A stretch of 64,000 bases of DNA from a phage: the sequence record PZ151149.1; one strand, 5' to 3'. Shown here in pieces: positions 45,923 through 55,289 of this stretch. Numbering within the stretch: position 1 is the stretch's first letter; every line of letters begins with the position of its first letter. Both the position numbers and the translations under genes were made by a program. The notes beneath the pieces are model-generated. The model ran no database searches and was not told the DNA's origin. It saw only the letters and a program-made list of their open reading frames with translations.

Positions 45923-46183
45923 TCAAGCCTCCGTGATCAGTTCTACTTCCTCTTTAGCGTCTTCTGCTGCTTCGTCTTTAGGGAGAAGTTCTTTTACTTC
46001 TTCGACAATAGCATCAAGGGAAACAGTGCCATTTTCATCTGGCTGAATACCCAGAATGCGTACCAGTTCCATCAAGACACGCTCACGATCTTTCAGTTGG
46101 CCTTCTAAGAATGCGGCTTTTTCTTGAGTGTCGAACAGACGTACTTTCAGGACATTAATCATTTGTTCATGCTGATTGGACAT
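45923..46183 (-). CDS. 57A: Tail-fibre assembly chaperone gp57A
   Basis: Small acidic coiled-coil protein upstream of gene 1; similarity to T4 gp57A. Confidence 0.7.
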   Translation of the reverse strand: MSNQHEQMINVLKVRLFDTQEKAAFLEGQLKDRERVLMELVRILGIQPDENGTVSLDAIVEEVKELLPKDEAAEDAKEEVELITEA

Positions 46184-46215
46184 ATTCACATCTCCTACTT
46201 GTTGATAACTTTTTA

Positions 46216-46872
46216 TTAAATGTTCGCGAGAATCGCGCTTTCAAATTCTTCTAATGTACCATTATTTATGATAATGGTTTCACCGTCAATAGGCAAAATT
46301 CCTTTTTCGGTGGAGTGAGTCGATACAATACCGGTATCACGCTGAATATGCAACACCTTAGCACGCATAGCACGCATGAGAGCAATTTCAATAGGCTGAC
46401 GCACATCAACTACTACAAAATACCCTTCTTCACTTTTGCGCTTCATAAACTCATTCACGAAGAGATTACACCAATAAAGCGGATTAATCAAGTTAACCAT
46501 TATCTCAGTACCGAGAGTGGTTAACATAAGACGAATAGACCAGACGTTATTATGTTTTTCGCCGATCTCATTAACGACCTTGTAAATCTCAGCCAGACTA
46601 TCACAAGTAAAGGAACTACCGCCATACTTCGAATCTAGCATAAGCAGACACTGAATAAACCACTTATGCGCGGTATAGGTATCAATACCTAGATCGGCTT
46701 CTCTGTCACGCCCCAACCCGTCAAAGTCAAGATAAGTCAGACCTAAGTCTGGTTGGCATTCGCATAAGATTTCTTTGATCGGTGCTGCCAGTTGATAACT
46801 GTGTCCATCAATGATTAACGCGGCAGTGTCTTTTCCTACGCGCTTTTTACCACAAAGTGCAATCAATTTCAT
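46216..46872 (-). CDS. 1: Deoxynucleoside monophosphate kinase gp1
   Basis: Walker A GKKRVGKDT and collinear similarity to T4 gp1. Confidence 0.85.
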   Translation of the reverse strand: MKLIALCGKKRVGKDTAALIIDGHSYQLAAPIKEILCECQPDLGLTYLDFDGLGRDREADLGIDTYTAHKWFIQCLLMLDSKYGGSSFTCDSLAEIYKVVNEIGEKHNNVWSIRLMLTTLGTEIMVNLINPLYWCNLFVNEFMKRKSEEGYFVVVDVRQPIEIALMRAMRAKVLHIQRDTGIVSTHSTEKGILPIDGETIIINNGTLEEFESAILANI

Positions 46873-46887
46873 AATATAAGCCTCTTG

Positions 46888-47478
46888 TTACTTTCTAAAT
46901 GCAGGGTGCATAGCTTTAATACCTTCCACTCGCTGACGATCCGCCGCCTGAATTGCTGGGCGAGGAACGATCAGTTGACCATCACGTTCAATGCTCATTG
47001 TTTTAAATGGAAGAATTGCAGTACACACCAGAGATTCATGCATGTCATCGGTGTATGTTAACTCAAGTTCCCCCAATTGTGAACACCAACAACCATAAAA
47101 GTTAAAGGTGCATACAATGTTACGGCGTTCATTGTCCAGCATGTGAACTTGAACGGCTTCCGGCATTGAATCCTTCCACGCGGTGGAGTTACCGTTATTG
47201 TAGTCTACTATAGAAAGCATCCATGTGTAAAGGTTTAGATAGCTTTCCAAATGCTCATCGACAATAAACCGGACTACCAACGGGTCAAACTCTACATGAC
47301 TGGAAGGATAATCAGCGACCGCCAAACCATATTGACCAGCAACTTGTTTAGTCGGTGGAATGGTTATAGCCGGAAGTGTAACACCTTGACAGTTTAAAGT
47401 AAAGCCTTTTGTTAGTTGACCATCTGGAATGGCAATCTGCCAGTTGCTAGGGTTAGCATAGTTAAAGAGATTGGACAT
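46888..47478 (-). CDS. 3: Tail completion / sheath stabiliser protein gp3
   Basis: Synteny (adjacent to gene 1) and recalled similarity to T4 gp3. Confidence 0.6.
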   Translation of the reverse strand: MSNLFNYANPSNWQIAIPDGQLTKGFTLNCQGVTLPAITIPPTKQVAGQYGLAVADYPSSHVEFDPLVVRFIVDEHLESYLNLYTWMLSIVDYNNGNSTAWKDSMPEAVQVHMLDNERRNIVCTFNFYGCWCSQLGELELTYTDDMHESLVCTAILPFKTMSIERDGQLIVPRPAIQAADRQRVEGIKAMHPAFRK

Positions 47479-47508
47479 TACGATTCCTTAAATGAAAATA
47501 TTTATCAA

Positions 47509-48042
47509 CTAAAAATTTAAACTAGCATAATCTCCAAAATGTTCCTTTGCTGCTTCGTCATAAGCCTTTGCAGCATCAACTTCGTCAAGAAAGACGCCCA
47601 AATGGACCTTTCTACGATTGATTGATATCTGAGCACACCATTTGTTATTCTGTGTTCTAATCACTCCTTTATACTTACTCTTACAACCATCAAGTTTTCC
47701 GCGATTGAATGCATTTTCCTGAGAAGTGGATTCTCTCAAGTTATCCGGTGCATTATTTTCTCGGTTTCTATCTATATGGTCGATCATTTTAACTTGCGTA
47801 CCATGTTCAAGATACCAAACAACCCTATGAACTTTAATGACCAAAGAATAGCCATCACTGCGCCAAAACTTAAAACATAGATAACCTCGACTATTTTTAT
47901 AAACTTTAACCGGGTCTCCTGCCTTATACCATCGACCATTCTTTCCACTATCTTTCAAATGGTACAATATACCATTAACGTGTTTATACTTATCTCTAAT
48001 TTCTTTTTGTGTAAAATCATCCCACATCTTAAACCCAGACAT
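47509..48042 (-). CDS. Free-standing HNH-AP2 homing endonuclease
   Basis: HNH motif IDHIDRNRENNAPDNL and AP2-type DNA-binding domain YKGVIR...WCAQI...VHLGVF...AAKAYDEAA; ATG with AGGAG SD. Confidence 0.7.
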   Translation of the reverse strand: MSGFKMWDDFTQKEIRDKYKHVNGILYHLKDSGKNGRWYKAGDPVKVYKNSRGYLCFKFWRSDGYSLVIKVHRVVWYLEHGTQVKMIDHIDRNRENNAPDNLRESTSQENAFNRGKLDGCKSKYKGVIRTQNNKWCAQISINRRKVHLGVFLDEVDAAKAYDEAAKEHFGDYASLNF

Positions 48043-48262
48043 ACATTTTCTCCTGATAATATTATTAATAACAACATCAATCTAACATATCTAGTATATA
48101 ATGTCAATTGTCGCTTTGCGACGTGCCGTAGGCACTGACTACTTTTTAACCGAAACAAATTTTCTATATTCTAAAGATCTTTCTTCGTTTTGGTTATGTT
48201 TTAACCAATAACTATATTTTTATACAGTAATAAATAAAACTGGTACTATACGAGGACTTCTT

Positions 48263-48517
48263 ATGACAGAAGACATTTTGTTAAAACTCTATGATCGTTT
48301 GGATAACGAATTAGCAACATTGCGGGGTGAAGTTCTCTATTTGTCTAAATGCAATACAGATCTGATTAAGCAGATTGCCGAAAGGGATGACCAAATAAAA
48401 TCCCTTTCAGGCGCATTACGTGATCGCGACAAGGCATTAGAGATTTTACAGCGTGTAACCAATAAAGAAGAGTTGAAAGACTTTCTACATGGTTATGCTC
48501 ACGCCATCGATCTATAA
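48263..48517 (+). CDS. hypothetical coiled-coil protein (isolated plus-strand gene)
   Basis: 84-aa ORF, GAGGA SD 6 nt upstream, followed directly by a hairpin terminator. Confidence 0.45.
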   Translation: MTEDILLKLYDRLDNELATLRGEVLYLSKCNTDLIKQIAERDDQIKSLSGALRDRDKALEILQRVTNKEELKDFLHGYAHAIDL

Positions 48518-48520
48518 TAA

Positions 48521-48548
48521 AAAGCCCGTCAATGACGGGCTTAATTTT
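48521..48548. terminator. Bidirectional hairpin terminator
   Basis: GCCCGUC-AAUG-ACGGGC flanked by U tracts on both strands; sits between convergent genes. Confidence 0.55.
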
Positions 48549-49575
48549 AATATGTATCAGCTAATTTAATTATGTTATCAAGTTCCGTGATTGGTAAAGT
48601 TTCTGTGTATCCATCTTTCAACATGGATTTATCAACAACGCCACAATGATAAGTTCTCTTTATTTCCTTTTCAAGTTCCCACGGAATCCAGCCATCAACA
48701 CTTTGTTTGACGTAAACAAGTTTGTGAACAAACTTAGATTTCTGCATATGTTGTTTCATTCTGGTTTCCGGTAATTCATTGGTTACACCAAACTTTATAA
48801 ATTTATCATCTAACGTCTGGATATAAAAATATCCCATCTCAGATGGACGATAGCCAGAAGAACTACATTTCGGACACCCTTTAGCATTTCTGTTGAACGT
48901 ACAATATCTTACAGAAAATTCGGCGTCATGTTTTGTACATTTAAGTTTTATCCATGAATTTGCAGTACCTATCCATTCACCATCGACACCTATATATTCA
49001 TACCCTAACTTTTTACATTTATCTTCTATTCTAGATAGTGCATCTTCCACGGGAACGACATATTCCGTCTTAAATTGTTCAGCCGCACATTTCTTACAAC
49101 CACATGTACCATGATTTTTAAAATCAAAGAACTTTGTATTCTTCCAAATATGGTCATGTTTCTTGCATCTAAGAATCATCTTAGTAATTTGTGATTTCCA
49201 GCCACCAACAAATCCCAAAAATTCATAATCAAGATCTTTACATTTTTCTTCAATGAATTTGGTTGCTTCATCTTCTGTCATAACTCCCCTACATTGAGGG
49301 CAACCAACAATAACCTTTTTAGCATAGAAACTATTACTGGAAACATCATAGACAGTTCCATGCTTATTGCATTGGATAACAGATCTAGTCAATTTTCCTT
49401 TCCATTCTCCAGTAAATCCTAAGAATGTATGGTCGACAAGTTTACATCTTTCAATAACTTTATCTGCAAACTCTCTAGGAGATTTTGTTACCTTGTTTAC
49501 TCTGTATTCTATTTCTTCCGGTTGACGAAGATCATAAACGTGGGGATTTCTCCCCACGGAATTAATATTAAGCAT
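48547..49575 (-). CDS. Zinc-finger-repeat protein with C-terminal T5orf172/GIY-YIG-like domain (putative homing endonuclease or DNA-binding protein)
   Basis: Three ~45-aa repeats each with C..H ... C.KH ... GCP.C; C-terminal GYFYIQTLDDKFIKFGVTNELPETR resembles T5orf172; start ATG 49575 overlaps stop of gene 2. Confidence 0.55.
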   Translation of the reverse strand: MLNINSVGRNPHVYDLRQPEEIEYRVNKVTKSPREFADKVIERCKLVDHTFLGFTGEWKGKLTRSVIQCNKHGTVYDVSSNSFYAKKVIVGCPQCRGVMTEDEATKFIEEKCKDLDYEFLGFVGGWKSQITKMILRCKKHDHIWKNTKFFDFKNHGTCGCKKCAAEQFKTEYVVPVEDALSRIEDKCKKLGYEYIGVDGEWIGTANSWIKLKCTKHDAEFSVRYCTFNRNAKGCPKCSSSGYRPSEMGYFYIQTLDDKFIKFGVTNELPETRMKQHMQKSKFVHKLVYVKQSVDGWIPWELEKEIKRTYHCGVVDKSMLKDGYTETLPITELDNIIKLADTY

Positions 49576-50389
49576 CTTTCCACACCTTCCTTGCATCATA
49601 GTTTTTACCTTTAGAAACAAATTTATATGTGTTAAGGTAGATAATATTGCTCCAGTCTTTCGGGCTAATCTCAACAAGTTTTGTTTTAATGTGTCCCGGT
49701 AGATATGCTTTGATCATGTGGTCACTACCACGCATACCTTTTACATCACTCCATTTAATCTTCAAGCGTGTTTTATTGCTCAAGGTAGGAGTAGATGCAT
49801 ATTGCTTTAAAAGTGCTTCCAGAAACTGCTGACGGGCTTTAGGCGTTACATAGTGTAAGTTAAGACCCAGCATTACAGTATTACCCGCCTTTGTCTTAGA
49901 ATCACCCAGACAAATGATCAGCGGGAAAACATCCCAATATGGCAAAGTATCTTTATACTTCGCATCATACATAAAGGTATAGATTCGCCCTACTTGCGGT
50001 TTTACAATCTGGTGTCCCTTTATTCCAGCTTTTATTGTTTTAGTAAACCACTCCTGTGATTTTTCTTTAGGACGACTCTTTGATACAGCACGCATAGACG
50101 CACGAAAATCATTAATCATCATCATTGCGCGTTGCTGCTTATTGAGACCCTTTGCACCTTTCCCTTTTAGTTTTTCAACTTCTATTGCTGTTTTAATTTC
50201 GCTGGCATAACGAGACATACTTTTAGTGAAAGTCGCATAGGCTATTCCCTTAGAATCTGCAAATGCTTTAGCTGTCATTCCTTTGGCTTTTGCTTTCGCA
50301 AATTCTACACCCAATTCGACCCACTGTTTAGACTTTCGCTTTTGGGGAGACGGCTTTTCGTCTTCTGTGATTATTTCAAATACGCTCAT
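49568..50389 (-). CDS. 2: DNA end-protector protein gp2 (by synteny and length)
   Basis: 273 aa from ATG 50389 with GAGGA SD; position between gene 3 and gene 4; call rests mainly on gene order. Confidence 0.5.
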   Translation of the reverse strand: MSVFEIITEDEKPSPQKRKSKQWVELGVEFAKAKAKGMTAKAFADSKGIAYATFTKSMSRYASEIKTAIEVEKLKGKGAKGLNKQQRAMMMINDFRASMRAVSKSRPKEKSQEWFTKTIKAGIKGHQIVKPQVGRIYTFMYDAKYKDTLPYWDVFPLIICLGDSKTKAGNTVMLGLNLHYVTPKARQQFLEALLKQYASTPTLSNKTRLKIKWSDVKGMRGSDHMIKAYLPGHIKTKLVEISPKDWSNIIYLNTYKFVSKGKNYDARKVWKDA

Positions 50390-50423
50390 AATATTGTCCT
50401 CTATGTTTATGTTTGTTACACAC

Positions 50424-50452
50424 TTGACAATCCTCTTTGCTATTGCTAAAAT
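50424..50452 (+). promoter_or_regulatory. sigma70-type promoter TTGACA-17-TAAAAT for plus-strand HNH gene
   Basis: Exact -35; plus strand; 60 nt upstream of ATG 50516. Confidence 0.45.
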
Positions 50453-50515
50453 GCAGACGAAAATAAACAGCGATACTTGTTGATAAATATCATTATAACA
50501 CAGGAGGAACATTAG

Positions 50516-51538
50516 ATGCAAGATATTAAGAACAAAATTTTGATGCAGTTTCCGAATGCAGATATCAAGTATTTAGAAAAGTATCTAGAAATTTGTGCAA
50601 ACCCAGATAAGGATGGGGAATTAGAGAGGCATCATATTCTACCAAAATCAATTTGGAAGGAATATGAAGACCTTAAAATTCATGATTTTAATGCTGTTCA
50701 CTTGAACACCGTTCGTCATATGATGGCACACTACTATTTCAGTAAAGCAACAAATTCCATTTGGAAGTCTGTTGTTATGATGTTTAATACCAGAATTGAT
50801 ATTATGAAGGAATTGCCAGAAGATATTGTGTTGAAACTTGCTGGTATATCAGAAGAGGCAAAGCGAAAACATGTATACACGGAAGAATCTAGACTGAAAA
50901 TGTCGGAATCACAAAAACGTTTCATGGCTTCTCTTGATGAAGAAGAATTAAAACGTCGCCATAAGAAAAGAACTGATTCCGTTAAAGAACATTTTAGAAA
51001 CTTGAGCGATGAAGAACGAGAAAGAAAGTATAAAGAACGTGGCAAGAAAATATCAAAGGCGTTAAGTAATAGATCAGAGGAAAAACTTAAATTACGAAGA
51101 GAAAGGCTTCTACAAACTATAAACTCAAAGTCAGACGAAGAAAAACAAAGAATCGCCAAACTACTTTCAGATTCACAAAAACCGAAAGAAACATGGGGAA
51201 AATTTGATGAGTTATATGCATTATGGATTGATCTGAATATGCCGGGTCAATATGTATTCAAGCGCGAGGCCATTAAACGTGGATACCCAGATAGGTCATA
51301 TGATTACATCGTTAAAGAAATGAAAAATAAGTACATAAAGGAGAATGGAAACGACATAATAAAATTAAATCCCAGAAAAAATTCTGGTGTCTGGGTATAT
51401 TATGACGAAATATATAAGCTGTGGAAAGAAAATGGTATGCCTAGCGATAGAAAAACAAGAAAAATAGCGGTCGAGAATGGTTATCCCGACCAATGCTATC
51501 AAACTATAGTAAAAGACTTTAAGAACTCACTTATTTAA
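50516..51538 (+). CDS. Free-standing HNH endonuclease with C-terminal repeat domain
   Basis: N-terminal ERHHILPKSIW...N..HLNTVRHMMAH HNH motif; two C-terminal repeats (YDEIYKLWKENGMP...ENGYPD and FDELYALWIDLNMP...KRGYPD). Confidence 0.65.
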   Translation: MQDIKNKILMQFPNADIKYLEKYLEICANPDKDGELERHHILPKSIWKEYEDLKIHDFNAVHLNTVRHMMAHYYFSKATNSIWKSVVMMFNTRIDIMKELPEDIVLKLAGISEEAKRKHVYTEESRLKMSESQKRFMASLDEEELKRRHKKRTDSVKEHFRNLSDEERERKYKERGKKISKALSNRSEEKLKLRRERLLQTINSKSDEEKQRIAKLLSDSQKPKETWGKFDELYALWIDLNMPGQYVFKREAIKRGYPDRSYDYIVKEMKNKYIKENGNDIIKLNPRKNSGVWVYYDEIYKLWKENGMPSDRKTRKIAVENGYPDQCYQTIVKDFKNSLI

Positions 51539-52000
51539 ACCTTTAAAACCGAACACCTTTTTTAATGTGTGTTCGGTTATGATTTTAAATTCCATATTAT
51601 GTTTTTTACACAATGCTACTGCCGCTGCCCACTTTTCGGTATTTTTCGTCCACGTCCAAGCCTCCATCATATAACGCTGCTTTGTTTTAGTCGTTAATCG
51701 CTTTGGCTTTTCTGGTGGTCTAGTCTCTTTGGCTGGCTTAATTTCCCATAAATGCTCTTTTCCATCATCAAACTTAACATAAACATCAACAAAATATCTG
51801 TGACGCTTACCGTCTGTTGATGAATTGTAAGGAATTACAACGGTCTCAGATCCCCATTTAACCACATGAGGATTACGGTCACACCATTTAAAAACATGCA
51901 ATTCCCAGCTTGAACGGTATGTGATTTTCCGTATATCCCCTTTATACTTTTCCTTATTCTCAGGAACATACTTGCCCTTATAAGTGTTAGATCCTCCCAT
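51527..52000 (-). CDS. 4: Head completion protein gp4 (by synteny)
   Basis: 157 aa; divergent from gene 53 as in T4; YRSSWE...KWG...YFVDVYVKFDDGKEHLWEIKP. Confidence 0.5.
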   Translation of the reverse strand: MGGSNTYKGKYVPENKEKYKGDIRKITYRSSWELHVFKWCDRNPHVVKWGSETVVIPYNSSTDGKRHRYFVDVYVKFDDGKEHLWEIKPAKETRPPEKPKRLTTKTKQRYMMEAWTWTKNTEKWAAAVALCKKHNMEFKIITEHTLKKVFGFKGLNK

Positions 52001-52015
52001 TTTAGCACCCTTTAT

Positions 52016-52023
52016 TATAAATA
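52016..52023 (+). promoter_or_regulatory. T4-type late promoter box TATAAATA upstream of gene 53
   Basis: Exact TATAAATA about 33 nt upstream of the gene 53 ATG. Confidence 0.5.
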
Positions 52024-52055
52024 CATAATACTATTTATCAATTGAGGGTGCTAAA

Positions 52056-52610
52056 ATGCTCTTTTCTTTCTTCCCTGCCATTGAATACAACGGCAAGATG
52101 ATTACTGACATTGTGCGCAATTACCGCGCATATTTCAATGCAATAATTTCTGATTATAACATACAAACATATTACATTCAAGGTAGTCCACGACCGGAAC
52201 AGGTTGCATATGAAGTATACGGAAACCAGCAACTTTATTGGATCTTGCTGATGCTTAATGACGTATACGATCCGTTTCATGACTGGATCACCGATCAAGA
52301 GACAGCATACGAATCAGCCGAACAACGATATGCAAACGTAGGAGGAAATCAAGTATTATACCACGTTGATATTGACGGAAACAAGTATTGGAATCTTACC
52401 GAATATCCGAAAGGATCAAGCAATTGGTATGATAAAGGGGATATTCATCATCGTCATTTGCAGTTTCATGGTGCACTGTCGGCGGTAGACACACTGGAAG
52501 ATGCGATCCTCCGCAACGAGGAACGACGCAAGATCAAGATCATAGATCCTACACAAATTAAACAATTTATTAACGCATTCATTCGAGAAATGGAAAAGGC
52601 TGATGTGTAA
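52056..52610 (+). CDS. 53: Baseplate wedge protein gp53
   Basis: Similarity to T4 gp53 (MLF.FF..IEY, YYI.GSPRPE, YG N.QLYW.LLM.ND.YDP, KIKII). Confidence 0.85.
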   Translation: MLFSFFPAIEYNGKMITDIVRNYRAYFNAIISDYNIQTYYIQGSPRPEQVAYEVYGNQQLYWILLMLNDVYDPFHDWITDQETAYESAEQRYANVGGNQVLYHVDIDGNKYWNLTEYPKGSSNWYDKGDIHHRHLQFHGALSAVDTLEDAILRNEERRKIKIIDPTQIKQFINAFIREMEKADV

Positions 52611-52621
52611 GGTGATTAATT

Positions 52622-54421
52622 ATGCTAATGTTTAATAACTCCGTTAAATGGTTTACCGGAATTGTAGAAAACAGGGAAGATCCATTAATGCTGGGGCGCG
52701 TTCAGGTTAGGATTCATGGTATACATCCTTCGCTATCCGCACACGGTGACATTCAAGGTCTCCCAACCGAAGATCTATTATGGATTACGCCAGTACAAGA
52801 CATTACAAGCGCGGCGATCTCCGGTATAGGTCAAAGTCCTACTGGTATTGTTGAAGGTTCAATGGTATTTGGATTGGCTTTAGATGAACGTTATTTAAAC
52901 TGCGTTATTCTGGGTACTATTGCCGGACAATATACAGAGAAACCACTCACTACAGAAGGTTTTTGTGACCCTTCGGGTGCATATCCTCGTTATATTGGTA
53001 ATGATGTTAATATTCTTGCCCGTGGCGGTATTAACCCAGAAACCGGACAAACAACAAAACCTGATAGTGTCTATATTCGAGATGAAAACACTGGAGTTGC
53101 AGTAAATCCAGACGACGAGCCATTAGATCAAATTCCGGTTGATGATAATCCTGATTTTACAATAGAAAAAATGCTTCGTGGCGATGAGGGATATCGTGAG
53201 AAATGGTATCTTGATTCAGAAGGATATCCGACAATAGGCATCGGGCATTTGATCATTTATAAGAAAACCAGTGATCTGGGTATTATCAATAATGAACTTT
53301 CTAAGCTGGTAGGGCGTGAAGTTACAAACGGAAGACTTACCGCCGAAGAAGTTAGTAAAGTATTTGCCGACGATATAGAAAAGACCCGTCGTGATATGCG
53401 CAAACATCCACGAATTGCACCTGTCTATAATAAATGTAATGCTTCTCGTCGTATGGCATTAGAAAATATGGCGTTTCAAATGGGCGTTGGTGGATTGGGT
53501 AAATTTAAGAATAGCCTTGCTGCAATGCTAGCAGAAGAATGGAAACAAGCCTATGATGGATTACGTCAATCGGTATGGGCTAACCAAACTCCAGGACGCG
53601 CCAACCGTGTTTCTAAAATTATTCTTACTGGTAACTTAGAATCATATGGCGTAATTGCTCCTAAGAAAGAGGAATCAATTTCTGATGATCCGAGAGCACG
53701 TTTGAGAAAAACCCGTATTGCTGCATATAAGACGCAGAGAGCAGAAGAAGACCCAGAAGCACCGTTTACCCCACAAGATACACGAATCATGTTTAAAGAG
53801 CCTAAGAGTTCGTATTCTGCAAGGTATCCATATAACCATGTGTACGAGTCAGAGAGCGGTCATATTATCGAGATTGATGATACTCCTTCTCATGAGCGAT
53901 ATCATCGTAAACATCCTTCTGGTACATTTGAAGAAACCAGACCGGACGGAACGAGGGTAGAAAAGATTGAAGGTGATGATTATCTGATCGTTAAACAAGG
54001 CCGGAAAGTAAACGTTAAGGGTAATTTGCAAGTTGTTGTTGAAGGTGACGCGCAAGTTTATTATATGGGTAATGTGATGCAAACCGTTGATGGTAACGTC
54101 ACGGAATTTATTCGTGGTAATGTTAATCAGACCGTTGAGGGTACAGCTAATATGCATGTTGTAGGTGATGTTACCGCTCAGCTTGACGCTAATTTAACGG
54201 CTAATGTCAAGGGTAATGCTGAATTAATGATCGAGGGTAACACTACCGAAACAATTAAAGGTAACTATGATTTAACCGTTGAGGGTAATTTTAATATGAC
54301 CGTCAATGGCACTAAATCAGATCAGGTTAATGGTGACTGGTCCCGTAATTGTGGTGCAAGCGTTAAAGATATTGCATCGGGTACAGTTAAAATTGATGGT
54401 AGCCGTATTGATCTTGGGTGA
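52622..54421 (+). CDS. 5: Baseplate hub / tail lysozyme gp5
   Basis: N-terminal OB domain similar to T4 gp5, central T4-lysozyme-like domain (GYPTIGIGHLI), C-terminal VxGxxxxx beta-helix repeats. Confidence 0.9.
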   Translation: MLMFNNSVKWFTGIVENREDPLMLGRVQVRIHGIHPSLSAHGDIQGLPTEDLLWITPVQDITSAAISGIGQSPTGIVEGSMVFGLALDERYLNCVILGTIAGQYTEKPLTTEGFCDPSGAYPRYIGNDVNILARGGINPETGQTTKPDSVYIRDENTGVAVNPDDEPLDQIPVDDNPDFTIEKMLRGDEGYREKWYLDSEGYPTIGIGHLIIYKKTSDLGIINNELSKLVGREVTNGRLTAEEVSKVFADDIEKTRRDMRKHPRIAPVYNKCNASRRMALENMAFQMGVGGLGKFKNSLAAMLAEEWKQAYDGLRQSVWANQTPGRANRVSKIILTGNLESYGVIAPKKEESISDDPRARLRKTRIAAYKTQRAEEDPEAPFTPQDTRIMFKEPKSSYSARYPYNHVYESESGHIIEIDDTPSHERYHRKHPSGTFEETRPDGTRVEKIEGDDYLIVKQGRKVNVKGNLQVVVEGDAQVYYMGNVMQTVDGNVTEFIRGNVNQTVEGTANMHVVGDVTAQLDANLTANVKGNAELMIEGNTTETIKGNYDLTVEGNFNMTVNGTKSDQVNGDWSRNCGASVKDIASGTVKIDGSRIDLG

Positions 54422-54429
54422 GGTAATTG

Positions 54430-54996
54430 ATGGTTGAAATTCTTCCTATGAGTTCAAAATTGGAGGATATCAGCGAGCGAGAAATCTTTGAGGTGGTGTT
54501 CTCTTATAAAGCAACGCCACCGGATGCAAATACCACATACACGATTAAAGAGTTTAAGATCAGCGAGTATCGCCCTAATAAGGGCGTTACCGTTGAAGAA
54601 ACTAAAATATCTGGTGAGTATCGGGATAGTTTTTCGCTTGGCGCGGATTCTCTTAAATATATAACGAAAGATAGAATTAAAAAATCTGCCGGAAGTTTTG
54701 ACGATTTACCAGATCCAACTACAGCAGATCTATATTATTTTAACGCTCCTACACGTCTACAGGAGGTTTATACTTATAAAGTAACCCTAACCTATATCCA
54801 ATCTGTTTCAGAGTCTTCTGGCGGTTCTGGTGAAGGAAATAGTGGTGGTTCCAATAGCCGAGAGGGTGCTGGTGAAACTAATACTCCTCCGGTAGTAACC
54901 GAGCACACAATAGAGAAAGTTTATACTCAAACCGTTTTTGGAAATTGGGATGTGTGGGCGCAACAACTAAGAGATTATGTACATAGGGGTGTTTAA
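54430..54996 (+). CDS. hypothetical protein (5.1 position)
   Basis: ORF between gene 5 and PAAR gene; ATG at 54430. Confidence 0.5.
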   Translation: MVEILPMSSKLEDISEREIFEVVFSYKATPPDANTTYTIKEFKISEYRPNKGVTVEETKISGEYRDSFSLGADSLKYITKDRIKKSAGSFDDLPDPTTADLYYFNAPTRLQEVYTYKVTLTYIQSVSESSGGSGEGNSGGSNSREGAGETNTPPVVTEHTIEKVYTQTVFGNWDVWAQQLRDYVHRGV

Positions 54997-55289
54997 TGGC
55001 TGGATTATCCTACGATAAAGCTAAAACTACAGGGCATGGTAATTACGGTCCTACGGTAATTAATGCAACTCAATCTAAGGTATTTGTTGAGGGTATCCCT
55101 GTATTAGTCGAAGGAGACCCAATTACACCACACACAAAAACAACAAAGCCTTATGATACACACGGGGGAACTACGGTCGCCAGTACCCCGAAAGTATTTG
55201 TTACCGGAAAGAAAGCAATTCAAATGGCAGATCGTATTAGCTGTGGCGATACCGTCGCTATGGCATCACCGAAGGTATTCATAAAATGA
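54996..55289 (+). CDS. 5.4: PAAR-repeat spike tip protein (gp5.4-like)
   Basis: 97 aa; position and size match T4 gp5.4; small repeat-fold protein downstream of gene 5. Confidence 0.7.
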   Translation: MAGLSYDKAKTTGHGNYGPTVINATQSKVFVEGIPVLVEGDPITPHTKTTKPYDTHGGTTVASTPKVFVTGKKAIQMADRISCGDTVAMASPKVFIK

